A stretch of DNA of 63,691 nt, filler included, from Reclinomonas americana ATCC 50394 (taxonomy: Eukaryota), in the NCBI GenBank assembly GCA_048213135.1. It is 15 parts of 13 records of this genome, joined end to end, with 100 filler letters (N's around TTAATTAATTAA, not from the genome) between each part and the next. Parts side by side here need not be neighbours in the genome. Positions count along the whole stretch, not along the records: positions 12,446 to 15,045 come from AFZH01016490.1; positions 15,146 to 27,354 come from PS016030.1; 13 more parts are not named here. One strand, written 5' to 3'. The translations under genes and the position numbers were made by a program. The notes below the pieces were generated by a model. The model was not told the DNA's origin. It saw nothing but the letters and a program-made list of their open reading frames with translations, and did no database searches. Shown here piece after piece: positions 12,656-25,892 of the stretch. Numbering within the stretch: position 1 is the stretch's first letter; every line of letters starts with the position of its first letter.

Positions 12656-14748
12656 CGCAACGTGAGCATCGCCACACATGCAGGTAGATTGCATCGCGAA
12701 AGCAAAGAGCAACAAAACTCCAACAAAATGGATGCCCGTGGCTTGCCACCATGTGGAGGGGCCACTCGGAATCCGTGTCCACCATGATTTCATCACAGGC
12801 ATCTGCGACACGGAAGTTATGAGTATCACGACTTTGTGTGCGCAAGACAGATGAAAATAAGAAAGAAAAAAGAAAAAAGAGAGGGCGCGTGAGTGCGTTC
12901 TGCTTTACCTCGCCCAGCTGCGCTTGCGGCGTCTGGTGCAACTGCAGACGCATTGCTGTCGTCGGTGCCAAGCCTCGACAGGGATACAGCCAGTTGTTCC
13001 ACCTGGTCATGCTCGCACTGACGTTGAAATTGGTGCTGGTAGTCCTTGATTGCAACTCGCAAGAACGGGAGCAGGTGTCCGAACAGGACTATCTCACAGG
13101 CAGCCTCCGAACTGAGAGAGCAATCAACTGCCGGTCGACACGCATACGCGTCAGTACACAGTACACACACAAAATGGCGCAGCAATGGAATGTCAACAGG
13201 CGACGCACAGCGGTCAAGTAGTTCGGGCTGAAGTTCAGCTAGCCCCACCAGAACAGAACGAATCTTCTTGCTCATCGGCGCCGCAGATCTTTTGGGAGTG
13301 CACCAGAAGTGGCCAAACACAACAACGTCGGCAGGTGTGATGAGCGTCATAAACTCGCACGTGAATGCAACAGCGCGTGCACTGCACAAGGAAAGAACGA
13401 AAACCAACGCAACTCGGTGCCGGGAGTGGCCGTGACATCGATCATTGCAGCCGTGGAGACGAAGCGGAAGCACTCATCGAGTGCCTTCTGAACTCGGTCA
13501 GAGCGACGCATACCGTCCACAACAAACACAAGCGGTTCCGCGTGCAGCGAGGAATCATCGGAGCGCAGGTATCGAAATGTGTCGTACGCAGTCTTGTTCA
13601 GCGACGACATTAGCCCTGGGGGGATGAGTAAGAAAGAGAGAGAGAGAGAGAGAGAGAGTGAGACTGTGGAAACATTGACACCATCTTGCAGCACCTGCCC
13701 CGTACCTCGGCGAAGACACTCCTCCAGCCGATAATCGAGCGCATTGCCATCGGCTTCCTCCTTGCAGCGCCGCATGTACTCAAAGAAGTTGCACACCGTT
13801 TGCTTCTCACGATGAACTTGGCGCGCAAGGAGCACGCCATCAATAGTTTCCCACACGCGTGAGGCATCGCCATCTTCGTGGTCGACTGTATGCCAGCGCG
13901 CACCACACGTCAACACCTCGCACTTACAAGCAAGCACACGCAATCACACACGGACCGAGGACATCCGGATCCTCAACGTCCACCGCCGCCGCCGCCGCTG
14001 ATGGCTTCACCCCCATGCGCTGATATTCGGCGTACAGGCCACGCAAAGTTTCCTCGTCGCCTGCAACGCCATGTTCCTGCAGCATGATTACTCGTTCCAG
14101 AAGCTGTTGCAGCGGATAGTCGGCGGTGCTCGTGACTGACTCCGGCAAAGTCATGATTGAAGTTCGCAGTCGCGCTGCGTCACTCCTGACTGCGGGAGTG
14201 TGAGAGCGTGGGGAGGAAATGATTTCGACAAGAGAGAAGAAGCGAAGCGAGTGATGACGCTGATACGCACATACACACACACACGTACACACACCTTTGA
14301 TATCAGGGTACTTGACAAGAATGGCGTCTAATGCCTCCTCGATCTGCTCCAGCTCAGCCTTCGCAAGCGCAGCTGAGTCGTCCGTGATCTTGACACGCCT
14401 CACTGAAACTTGGAGATGGAACAGACCCGAGTGAAGTTCATCATCGGAATCAAGACACTCAATTGCAAAGGCGCAAGTAGCAGCACTGAAGACGCGAGAC
14501 GTCAACATCTCACGCTCAGCATCCAGCTGCGTGGCTGTGCGAAGAGAGCATGAACACGCAAGCACAAGCAATGTGTGAGTCAGACACACACGCACACATG
14601 CACAGAGAGAGAGAGAAAGAGAGAGACCAATATGCAATGCGTGCGTACCGGAGAACTCGACTGGGGCGGAAGAGCCACTTGCCATGCTTGCCTGGCAAAT
14701 AACAACGTGAGGTCGTCTCACAGCAAACATTACAAGACTCCAAGCCAT
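9749..14748 (-). CDS. Multi-exon protein: unknown N-terminal region + PD-(D/E)xK nuclease-like segment + non-RD protein kinase (Crinkler/CR-like architecture). It spans a gap and may extend to about 15940.
   Basis: Kinase motifs IIMKD, NEA, HGDVKPSNVL, LIDFG, GTRGFM|APE, SDVYSAG and RITAAEALQHEVF. Upstream KPDVCI...FFIECK and a helix like AVIHLYVV. The kinase is certain; the exon model and continuity across the gap are less so. Confidence 0.7.
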
Positions 14749-14827
14749 TCAACGCTGGCACACAAACAGCAACAACTAGACGAGGAGAAAGAGTGAAACG
14801 AAGTACCGCATGCAATTTCTGTGAGTT

Positions 14828-14897
<70 letters not shown>

Positions 14898-15164
14898 CTA
14901 CTACCTACCTACTACTACTACTACTCTACGTGTGTGTGTCGACTAGTGTGTACGAACGAAAACGTAAAAGTACGAACAAACGTAGGTAGGTAGGTTATTT
15001 CGTTAGTTAACTTAACAATAACGACTATAACGAACCAACAGAACGNNNNNNNNNNNNNNNNNNNNNNNNNNNNNNNNNNNNNNNNNNNNTTAATTAATTA
15101 ANNNNNNNNNNNNNNNNNNNNNNNNNNNNNNNNNNNNNNNNNNNNCGTCGTCGTCGTCGACGTC

Positions 15165-15231
<67 letters not shown>

Positions 15232-15964
15232 CATTCCTACCACTGTACATCTCACTGTGTGTGCATGTGTGCGACAAAAAAGTGCAAACAGTGAGGATTT
15301 CTTGATTTACATAAGCATTAGACCAACAGCGAAAAGCATCAGCGCCACCACCACCACCACCACCACCACCATAAAGGGCGCGTGGGAAACATAGAGAAAC
15401 AGAGACTGGCAAAGGAATAGTGTGCACAGAAGCAAACACAACCACAAAGTTGGTGTCTAAGTGCACGCAGCGCAGCGTGAGAAGAGATGGTGTGCTTGTG
15501 TGTGAACAAGGCGCAGGAGAATGAGGGAAAAGCGTAGCACGATGGTTTATGCTCACCTGAGTAGCGGCGAAAGAAGTGAAACGGACTTCGAAAATTCGAG
15601 GTGCCGCTGCTCCTCGAGCGAAGCTGCGTGCTCAGTGTCGTCGCCGTTGTTGTGTCCTCGTTGTTGCCTATGTTGTTATTACCACCGTCGTTGGCAGCTT
15701 GCAGGCTCCACTACGATGCACTGGTCAATCGACCCAGCAGCTTCTTCTCCACAACCTGCTGCTGCACCTCCACGGACAAGCCGCGATCGCGGAACGCTCC
15801 TTGAATCGTCGCGTGACACATCACCGTGCTGCAACAACACACATGGGTGAACGTCAACGCAGTGCATCGGCACCCGAAAGCAGTGTCACACGAACGTGTC
15901 TGCGTGATTGCACAGCCGCAGCGCACGGATGTTTTGCCATCAAAGACACTCAGTCACAAACTCG

Positions 15965-15996
<32 letters not shown>

Positions 15997-15997
15997 A

Positions 15998-16820
15998 CAA
16001 AACAAAACACTTCATCCACCGCATTCCAATAATGCGATAAACGCCCACAGATCCCTTGCCGACAACATAAACACATAATTCTCCGACAGTCATCACACAC
16101 ACACACATGCACACTCCCCATCCACGCGCACCAACAATGTCATTGCCAGAACACTGCGCAGGTGGCCGGCTGTCGCGCTGCCCGCAGGAGCACACGAGCA
16201 CACCACTCAAAAAACGCAGCACATATATAACAGAGATGGGACAGAAAGTCACTTCCATCGAGCTCGCGTGTTCAGTGGAGACATGTACAGTGGCAGCCGG
16301 AGATGCCCTGCACGATCACATACACATGTACGCGTGGGAATACGCAGCAAGGCGATATCCGGACCTTTCCAGGCAACGTCGACCTGCTATAAACCGCGGC
16401 CGCGGCCGGGAAGGATAGCGACCTGGTTGAAAGCTTGTATGCACGTTGGTGGATACAACCGCGTGAACCTCATATGCTTGAGCGGCATGCGCATGCACAG
16501 CTGGTACCATGCCAACCTCTCCACCTGCGACGTCGACGTCGACGTCGACGCAGCGTTTCTTCGAATGCAGATTCAGATTGCAACGCTCGCAACTCAGAAA
16601 GACGCGCACTGAGACACACTCTCACACTACGTGTAGACAACTCGTTGCACGCGCTGTGCAGCTCGTGGAAACGAATTCGAAGTTGCAATGACTTTGCCTC
16701 CGGATCCTGATCATGAAAGGGAAGATTACTGTTGGAGAAGTAATTATGTGTTTGTATATTGTTGGTTTGCCAAGGTCATTGTCGCATTATTGGAATGTGG
16801 TGAATGAAGTGTTTTGTTTG
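15998..16820. mobile_element. ~820-bp non-coding segment bounded by ~40-bp inverted repeats (MITE-like, or paired promoter elements)
   Basis: 15998-16037 is the reverse complement of 16782-16820 with 2 substitutions and 1 indel. No clear target-site duplication. Confidence 0.55.
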
Positions 16821-16879
16821 TCGATATCTCGCCTCGCATTTTCGCGCGCAAATTGGTTTTCATTATCTTTTCTTACAAC

Positions 16880-18899
16880 ATGGACGCGAAAGACGGTGTT
16901 GTCAGTGAAGGCAGTGGCACCACTCGTCTTCTCATTGACTTGGCAATGATCTTTGGGCCTGTTGTTGGCTACGTGGGCCAGTTCATCGAGATTCGTCGCA
17001 ATCGCTCCCCGGCCGGCTTCTCGCTCTCTTGGCCGCTCATTCTCATCACGGCGATGATTCTGCGTTTGTATTTTCGGTGCGTGTGTGCGTGTGTGTGAGA
17101 GAGAGAGAGATGCTCATCAATCAGTGATTGATCATTCCTCGTGCATTTTCTCGTGCATTGTGCTTTTTCTTCTGCTGTTGCTCTCTACAAGCGATCTTGT
17201 CTTCTTCTTGTTGTCTTACTCGCATCTGTCTGGTCTCTCACGCGCACTCTCTCTCTCTCTCTTGTGCTCTCCTCCTCTTGAGGGTGCACACTGCTACTCA
17301 GCGCCTCGTTTCTCTCTCTGTCGCTCTGTGACCGTTCTCACCTCAGTGACAGGCGTACTCGCGTCTCTCTTGTCTCTCACACACGCACTCTCTCTTGTGC
17401 TCTCTGGACCCTCCCTCTCTCGAGCGCGCACTCTGCTACTCAGCTCCTTCTCGCGCCTCGTTTCTCTCCCTTGTTGCTCTGGCCGCAAATCGACAAGGCA
17501 CGTTCTCTCTCTCTCTCTTTCTCTCTCTCTCCTTTCTCTCTCTCTCTCTCTCGCTCTCTCTCTTCTGCCCTCTGTTTTACTCATTCTCTCTTCTCTCTCT
17601 CCCTCCTCTCCCTCCTCTCCCTCCTCTCCCTCCTCTCCCTCCTCTCTCTCTCTCCCTCCCTCCCACTTTCCCTCTTTCCAGCGCCGGCGTCGAGTTCGAG
17701 AGCGCTCTGGTGTGGCAAGCCGTGGTGATGATCATCGCCCAGCTGCTTCTGCTGTACGAGTGCGTCAAGTGGGCACCGGCGCAAGTGCGCGCCAATCGCC
17801 TCACCGACTGGGACCTGCGGCAATTCTGGAACTGGGGCGACTTTGCCTCGTACCTGTACACGCTGGTCGGTTTCGCCGCCATCATCGGGCTCGTCACCCT
17901 CGTCATGTCGGGCTCGTTGTGGTACTTTGAGCTGCTCGGACTGGCGGCGTTGATGACCGAGGCCACCCTGGCCTTCCCTCAGTGGAAGAAGAACTACGAC
18001 AACAAGAGCACCTATGGATTGAGGTTCGTTTTGCAAAGAGGCGTGTTGCGCTTTGTGTCCTTACCCACTAATTGTACCCCTCGCACCCCGCAGCACGTTC
18101 CTTATTGCGTTCTTGTTCCTGGGCGACCTCGCCAAGACCATTTACTTTGTGTACGCTGGCCAGCCGTTCCAGTTCATTCTGTGTGGCACGGTGCAGCTGG
18201 CGCTCGATGTGGCCATCTGGTACCAGTTCTTCACGTACAAGGTGAGCACCGAAGAAGTAGGAGGGGGGGCGGGGGTACGGGCGAGGGGGGAGGAAGATCA
18301 CGCACACATAGCTGCTTGTATGTGTCTCCTTTTTCGTTCTTTTCATTGTATGCATGTGTGTTTATGCGTGCGCGCGCTCAGGCGGCGGATAACTGGATGC
18401 CTCACTGACGGCCACCCACCGCGCTGTTTGCTCGTCTTGATTCTCGCTGCTGTCACACCACCCATCATCCACCACATTTCGCACACGTAGAAACCAAATG
18501 AACAAGATGACTTTCACACATATTCATCGATACTTTGCCGGAATGTGCGCACCCACTTCTGCCGTCCTACGCAGAGAGGACCGTCGGTGGCCGAGATCGC
18601 CGCGTACAGAGACCTAGAGGTGTTTGACGATCAGTCGTCTTCCGCGGGGACACCGCCCAATGGCCCCGCGGTTCCGAGCACCAGCAACAACAAAGGTACG
18701 CATCCTGTGCACTTGAGGGGAGAAGCACGCCCACTGACGCGCGCGCACGCACACACCTGCGACAGGCGGTCAGCCGAGGCCGTTTGGTGTCGTGGACGAC
18801 GACGATGACGACGACGACGATGACGATCTCAGCCTGGACGGAACCGATTCGAAACCCTTTGTCCGCGGTGTACAGCAGGGAGGGAGCACACAAAAGTAA
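16880..18899 (+). CDS. PQ-loop repeat transporter (PQLC1/SLC66A2-like), 5 exons, acidic C-terminal tail
   Basis: YVGQFIEIRRNRSPAGFS, FWNWGDF, EATLAFPQWKKNYDNKSTYGLS and GDLAKTIYF...PFQFILCGTVQLALD, with multiple TM helices. GT-AG introns keep frame. Confidence 0.88.
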
Positions 18900-18996
18900 T
18901 TAACGCGTGTGCACTTTATCTCGTTCCACCAGCCGGTGCTCGTTGTACATTCACCCTCCATGCCGCCGGAGAAAAAAACACACAATCCGCCATGCC

Positions 18997-21816
18997 TCAC
19001 GACATGTGCGCCGCGTCCACCATGCCCTTGAGTGCCCAGTGTCGTGCGACGCTGGGGTTGTCGCGCAGCTCGGTGATCACCAGCGCAATGAACTGGTCGA
19101 CCGGCGGTCCCAACTCGTACGTCCGGCTGACAAAGTCAATCGCATTGCGCTCGCACACGGCATCGTCGCCATTCGGTACTTCCTCCGCCAGCAAGATCTC
19201 CATGGCTTGTACCAACACCGGTGCCGTCTGCACCATCACAACACGTGAGCGGGAAAATAAGCAGAGCACAATAGGGTGTGGCTGTGACGCAACAGGGAGC
19301 ACGTTGGCGCGCAGAATATCAAAGAAGCGCAGCAACACTTCGGCGGCAAAGCGGCACACTGCCGGATCGCAGAGACCAACGTAAAGGAACTCGCGCAGGT
19401 CGACAAAGATCTTGCTCCACACCGAGATATCGTCGGTGGACACGGGGTCGGAGATGCAGGCCAGCAGAATCTCCCAGTGCACCAGCTCCAGGTTTTGCAA
19501 CTCACTCGCAAATACCTGCACGCTCCACAGTCAGTCCACACAATGGACAATGGAGAGACGAATGGAACACACAACGCACCACATCGCGCAGCTGCGTGCC
19601 GACTTTGATGTTGTCAAAGTATGGCCTTATGTGCACGATTTCGTAGACGCACACTTGCGTGGTGACCAGCTGTTCGCCTTCGGGGTGTGGCGACAGCAGT
19701 GAGCGGCGGACCTCGATCGGTGAGTCGACCAGCAGCTGAATGAACGGCTCGTACAGGGCAGGGAAGTTGTCGAGGAACGGCGCGAGCTCCGAGAGGGCTA
19801 CGGTTGTGAAGAAATGAGTAAAGAGAACTGGGGAGAGGGGGAGAGGGGGAAGGGGGAGTGCTCTCTCACCAATTTTGGAGAGAATCGGCGGTACAGCGCC
19901 GTCAATCGACGCCAGCAGCACATCCGTCACCTTCTCCACGTCTTCGGCGCGACCCAAATGTTGCATCTCCTTCATCAGCGCGAGGCACGTGCGCAGCACT
20001 TGCACACGCACCTCCCACCACTCGTCGCTGGTGAGCGTGGCCAGTCGATCTGCGACGACAGAGTCAGTAAGGGAAAGAGAGGACGACAGGAAAGAGGGGA
20101 AGAGAGAGAATGGGTGGACAAGACGGAACGAGACATCAGCACAAACAAGAAGTGACACACAATTATGCTTGCTTGGGGGAAAAGTGGAAAATATAGACAA
20201 CGAGCGAGGGTAACAGTGGAGAATACAGACGAGCACGTACATGACAAGAAATATTATTTCTGGCTCCGGAAGACGAGAGTGGAGACGTAGACAGCGAGAC
20301 AGACGAAAGTGACGAGACACATCTTCTCTGGCTTGCCAGGTAAGAGGCAGTGATTGCGCGCACAGAAGACAGAGGAGAGACGACGAACAGGCACGCGCGC
20401 AAAGGTGATGAGACACACATCTTCTTTGGCTTGAAACACACAGCGCGCGTAGGCGAGACAAAGGAGACGCGAAACGAGATGATGAATGGCAAGGAGCACA
20501 TAAGTGACAAAGAAATGTCACTCTGGCGTGAGAGACAGGATTGGAGACGTTTAGAGCGCTCTGAGAAGTAGCTTGAGAAACAAGAGCGAAGAAGCCAAGT
20601 GAGTCCAACAGAGAAAGATACGAGGGTGACAGAGGAGGAGAGAGCCAGAAGCACTCTGTGTGTCAACAACACTCACCGAGCATCTTGAACACCAGATCGG
20701 GATTGTGATGCGCAATGTGCGGCAGCATCGACACAGCGCCGGCGCGCAACACCGGCGACGACATGGTAAAGCCGATAACGCAGTAGAACACGTACATGTC
20801 GATGAGCTCAGGCGAAAAGTCCTCTTCCATGTGCGACAGTGCCGTCAGGCAGTGCAGGAACGCCGATTGGTTGTCAATGGTCTCCTGCAGGCTGCGAATG
20901 GCTCGCATGTGGGCGCTGAAATCCGACGCGCAGTAGCTGTACATGATGCGCATGAGGGTGCGGCGCCGGTCGGGGAACTTGAAAATCACGGGCCGGAATC
21001 GCGGCAGCGCAAAGTCCTCAAACAGGCTCCACGCGGTACGCGAGTCGCGAGCACACAGGCTGCGACCGACTTGCACAAAGAGAGAGACGGCCTCTGTGCG
21101 GCGTTGCGGAAGAGAGGTGAAGTGAGCAGGAGATGGTCGCGGAGGCTGAAGTATGAGCAACACAACACACACCGTTGAAGCCGGGCTTGTCGGAGACTTG
21201 GCCGAGAAGCACGCCAAAGATGGACACGAGCTTCCAGAACTCCTTGGGCGCGCGGATGCAGGATTCGGTGATGGCGCTCACCTGGGAGGGGGGAAGAAAG
21301 GAGGAAGGAGAGAGGGAGGAGAAGGAGGGGAAGAGGAAGGGGAAGGGTGAGGGGAAGAGGGGAAGGGAAGGGGAAGGGTGAGGGGAAGACGGGGAGGGGA
21401 AGGGGAAAGGGAAAGGGAAAGGGAAGAAAAGGAGAAGGGGGATGGGGAAAAGAGAAATGGAGAGAGAAGGGTGAGAGGGATGGGAGAAGTGAGGAAACAC
21501 GAAGAGGATGGGAAAAGGTGCGAGAAAAGCAGAAATGGGAGAGCGTGCGAGAGAGTGAAGCCAGAGACTTCGACTGCGTAGGCAGAGACAGACAGGCAAA
21601 CAGAGATGGAGACACACACACACGGGCAGATAAGTAGACAGACAGATAGTCAGCCGGATAGACAGACAGACAGACAGACAAGCAGACAGACATGGATAGA
21701 AAGAGAGAGGGAGACAGCATAGGAGAAAGAGAGAGAGAGAGAGAGAAAGAGAAAGAGAAAGAGAAAGGGAGAGAAGAGAGAGAAACAGACAGAAAGCCAG
21801 CCAGCAAGACAGACAT

Positions 21817-21907
<91 letters not shown>

Positions 21908-22461
21908 NNNNNNNNNNNNNNNNNNNNNNNNNNNNNNNNNNNNNNNNNNNNNNNNNNNNNNNNNNNNNNNNNNNNNNNNNNNNNNNNNNNNNNNNNNNNN
22001 NNNNNNNNNNNNNNNNNNNNNNNNNNNNNNNNNNNNNNNNNNNNNNNNNNNNNNNNNNNNNNNNNNNNNNNNNNNNNNNNNNNNNNNNNNNNNNNNNNNN
22101 NNNNNNNNNNNNNNNNNNNNNNNNNNNNNNNNNNNNNNNNNNNNNNNNNNNNNNNNNNNNNNNNNNNNNNNNNNNNNNNNNNNNNNNNNNNNNNNNNNNN
22201 NNNNNNNNNNNNNNNNNNNNNNNNNNNNNNNNNNNNNNNNNNNNNNNNNNNNNNNNNNNNNNNNNNNNNNNNNNNNNNNNNNNNNNNNNNNNNNNNNNNN
22301 NNNNNNNNNNNNNNNNNNNNNNNNNNNNNNNNNNNNNNNNNNNNNNNNNNNNNNNNNNNNNNAAGAAGAAGAAGAAGAAGAAGGAAGAAGGAAGGAAGGA
22401 AGAAGAACGAACGACGAACGAACGACGACGACACACGACGACGACACAACACACACACTAC

Positions 22462-22543
<82 letters not shown>

Positions 22544-25500
22544 TAGCCAGATAGACAGACAGACAGACAAGCAGACAGACATGGATAGAGAGAGAGAGAG
22601 AAAGGGAGAAAAAGAGAGAAAGACAGACAGAAAGCCAGCCAGCCAGCAAGACAGCCAGACATATATAAACACACACACACACATACACTGAGAGAGAGAG
22701 AGAGAAAGACCGACCAGACTGACGGACAGACAGGGTGAACAGTGTCAGCAGGAAGCAGTGAGAAAAGCCCGAGTGTGTGCTTGCATAGATCCCTCTCCGA
22801 CCTTCCCCCTTTTCAACTTGCCTTTTGTGCCAACAACTGGAACACCTCGGCCACCACGTGTGGCGGAATGTACTCGATCTGGTCCACAAAGCTTAGCACG
22901 TAATCCTTTTGGCGATCAATCTGGTTGATGACCTCGGTCTTCTTCAGCACGTCCTCCACGGCGCCATTCAGGATTGGCATGATCAGCGGGCCCGAGCCAC
23001 TGGCACCGGCGGGCGACAAATGGCCCTCGGAAAACATGTCCTGTGTGCGTGACCCTCTCAATCAGCACATTCGTCATTCTCCCTCTATTGCGCTCTTCAT
23101 CGCCCACGCAACATCGGCAGCCGACGATGCACCGCCCGCAGTCCTCACGCTCTGTGCATATGCCGAGCGCGCCGTGTCCTTGGCGGCACGAATGGCGGCC
23201 ACATTACCCTCCACAGGCTTGACTTGCACGGCCTTGAACTCGATCTTGGCGGCAGGGTCCTCGCCGGGTGCCGAGCGCTTCGTGGGGGCGCGAGTGACTC
23301 GCTTGATGCTGAACGGGCGCAAGCGGGTGAGCCACAGTGGACCGACGAGGAGGAGGAGGAGGAGGAGGAGGGGATAAGGGATGTACCTTCGCGTGGAGGA
23401 GAAGCGACCGGGTTCCGACACGCGCTCCGCACGCAAGTTTTGGTAATGCTGATCGAGAATGGCTTGCGTCTGCGCATGTTTCGTCAGCACTCGCGTTGCA
23501 GAGTGAGGGATTCTCTCTGTCGTTTGCTTGCCTTTTGCGACACGGTGGACAAGTCGGAGACCACCGACATTTCCGAGTCGGGAATAGAGTCCTTGATGCG
23601 CTGGGTGGCCGTCGGTCGTGCAAAGGGCGGGACTGCCACCTCCGGCTCTGGTTCGGGTTTCTGGAACATGACTCTGCAGGGTGCGAAGGGTGAGGAGGGC
23701 GAAAAAGGAGAAGTGGGAAAGAGGAGATGGAGGGGAAGGGAGAGGGAGACAGAGAACACGATTGGAATTGCCAGTGACTTGAGAATGGGAGATACAGCAA
23801 GTTAATTGAAGAAACATGCTGACTGCCACACTGCGAGCGACAAAGAGTGACAGGGTGGGAGGACAAGAGGAAAGACACCAAGACTCGAATAGCAAGGAAG
23901 AATCCAAGACTCGACCCGCAAATGACACGAGCTGCTGGTGAAGGAGACGTTTAGACTGGCAGGCACGCCAGAGTGAGAGAAGACAACGAGAGATCAGAGT
24001 GCGTGCTGGAGAAGGCGAACGACCGTGCAAGTTTGAAACGGGCGTACAGTGAGTGAGGGAGACGGAGACGGGTGGTGGACACGGAAGAACCAAGACCGAA
24101 CTGCGAGTGACTTGAGAATGGGAGGAGAACGAACAACACGCTGAGACTGGCAACAGTGACACAGAGGGAGAGAAGACGATGAGAGATCAGAGTACTTGCT
24201 GGAGAAGGTGAACGAGCAGGTTTGAGACTGGCGTACAGTCAGTGAGAGAGACGGAGACGGGTGGTGGACACGGAAGAACAAGGCTCGACCGAGAATGACA
24301 CAAGAAAGGGAGAGGCAGCTTGTCAGAGAGAAGGATAACAAACAGATCAATGAGATGGCAAGAATGTCAGAGAGTGGCACGCAGACGACGAGAGATTAGA
24401 GCGCGGTCCGGAGAAGGTTAACGTAGTGACGTACAAGGGAGACAGAGAGGGAGAGAGAAGGAAGACATAATAACGACCGAGAAAAGCAGGCACACAGCTC
24501 TCGTCCATTCACACACAACTTGCGACTCGTCAGCAGCGTATACAGCGTGCGCAGCAGCACCGTGGCTCCCTCCGGCTTGCAGTGCACCACATCATCAATC
24601 ATCTCTCGCGTGACCGGCAGATCGCGTTTCCGGAAGAACCGCTCCAGTTGCGCCCAGTTGTCGAGCTTGCGTTGCAGCGACAGACCCGTGTCGTACGAGT
24701 GCTGCATGCAGAGCGAGATAGAGCGGGTGAGGGAGGGAGACGAGAGAGAGAGAGTGGGTGAGGGAGGGAGACGAGAGAGAGAGGGGAAGAGTGGGGTGAG
24801 AGTGAAAGAATGAGGGAGTGGACAAGTCAAGCGTGTTGTGTGGGATAGAGACAGGAGGAAGAGTGTGCATCACAGGCGCTGATCTCGAGAGGCCTGTCTC
24901 TCTCTCAGTGAGTAAGTGAGTGAGTGTGTAAGAGAGTGCAGTGAGGGACAGGAAGGGAGAGAGAGACAAGAGGAAGAGTGTATCACAGGTACTGATATCG
25001 AGAGGTGAGTGAGAGAGTGAGTGCAGTGAGGGAGTGGACAAGTCAAGCGCGTTGTGTAGAGTGTCTATCACAGGCGCTGATCTCGAGAGGCCTGTCTCTC
25101 TATCAGTGAGTAAGTGATTGAGAGAGTGCAGTGAGGGACAGGAAGGGAGGCAGAGTGACAAGAGCGTCACAGATCGCTGCCTCGATTTCGTGAGTGACTT
25201 CTCGCGCTGTCTGTATCTCAGCATGGGGCCGACAAGCTGCCTGTTCTTTTTCCACTGTGTGTATGTATGAGTGTGCAAGTCAGTCTTTCGTCACCTGTTT
25301 GTCTGCTCTCACTTTGCTAATTCGCCCTCTCTCGTTCTCTCTCTCTCTCTTTGTGCTCTCACCATCTGAATGTCAGAAGGGTAATAACGCGAGAGGCACT
25401 CCGCAATGAGCACTGTGTTGTTGTTGTTGTTGTTTGTGAGTGAATACAACTTGCACACAATCACACACTCACACGCACGCAACTGCCATTTGCAAAGTCT

Positions 25501-25724
25501 CTGTGTGTGTGTGTAAGAGAGAGAGAACGAGTGAGACACAACAATCATGAGAGAGAGAGAGCGTGTGACTGACCTCTTCGGGTTCTTGACACTGAAGCTG
25601 AGATCGAGGCTCTGTGTGCACACACACATGAGTGAGTCACACAGTCACTCTGTGAGTGTGTGTGTGTGTGAGTGAGAGAACGTGCCTGCAGCCACTTCAG
25701 AATCTCTCGAGGCACTGCCGACAT
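18997..25724 (-). CDS. SPATA4/SPEF1-type CH-like domain protein with a long helical C-terminal region
   Basis: MSAVPREILKWLQ|SLDLSFSVKNPKR|DFANG|MLIAECLSRYYPSDIQM|HSYDTGLSLQRKLDNWAQLERFF matches the SPATA4/SPEF1 CH-like domain. Downstream exons join in frame to the TGA at 18997. The model requires three GC donors. Confidence 0.88.
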
Positions 25725-25892
25725 GTTTTCGTGTACAAACTCACAACGGCCAATGATGTGTGTGACTCATGTGACGGGACAATCGAGATTGGCGCGTTCG
25801 GGAGGCTCTCAGGCAGCAGCTGCTGCTGCTGGTTCGCGAGCTGGATGCATATGTGTCGTCTCTTGTCTTCGTGGTTGTAGTGTGTGATCTGA

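Noticed and set aside
15990..16037. The 40-bp motif as a spliced-leader RNA exon
   Set aside because: Only one of three copies is followed by a good donor, and I see no tandem SL array. It is kept only as a testable alternative.
20986..22684. Long ORFs of LSLS, ERER, CVCV and HTHT type in the ORF track
   Set aside because: They are translations of microsatellites and N gaps inside introns.
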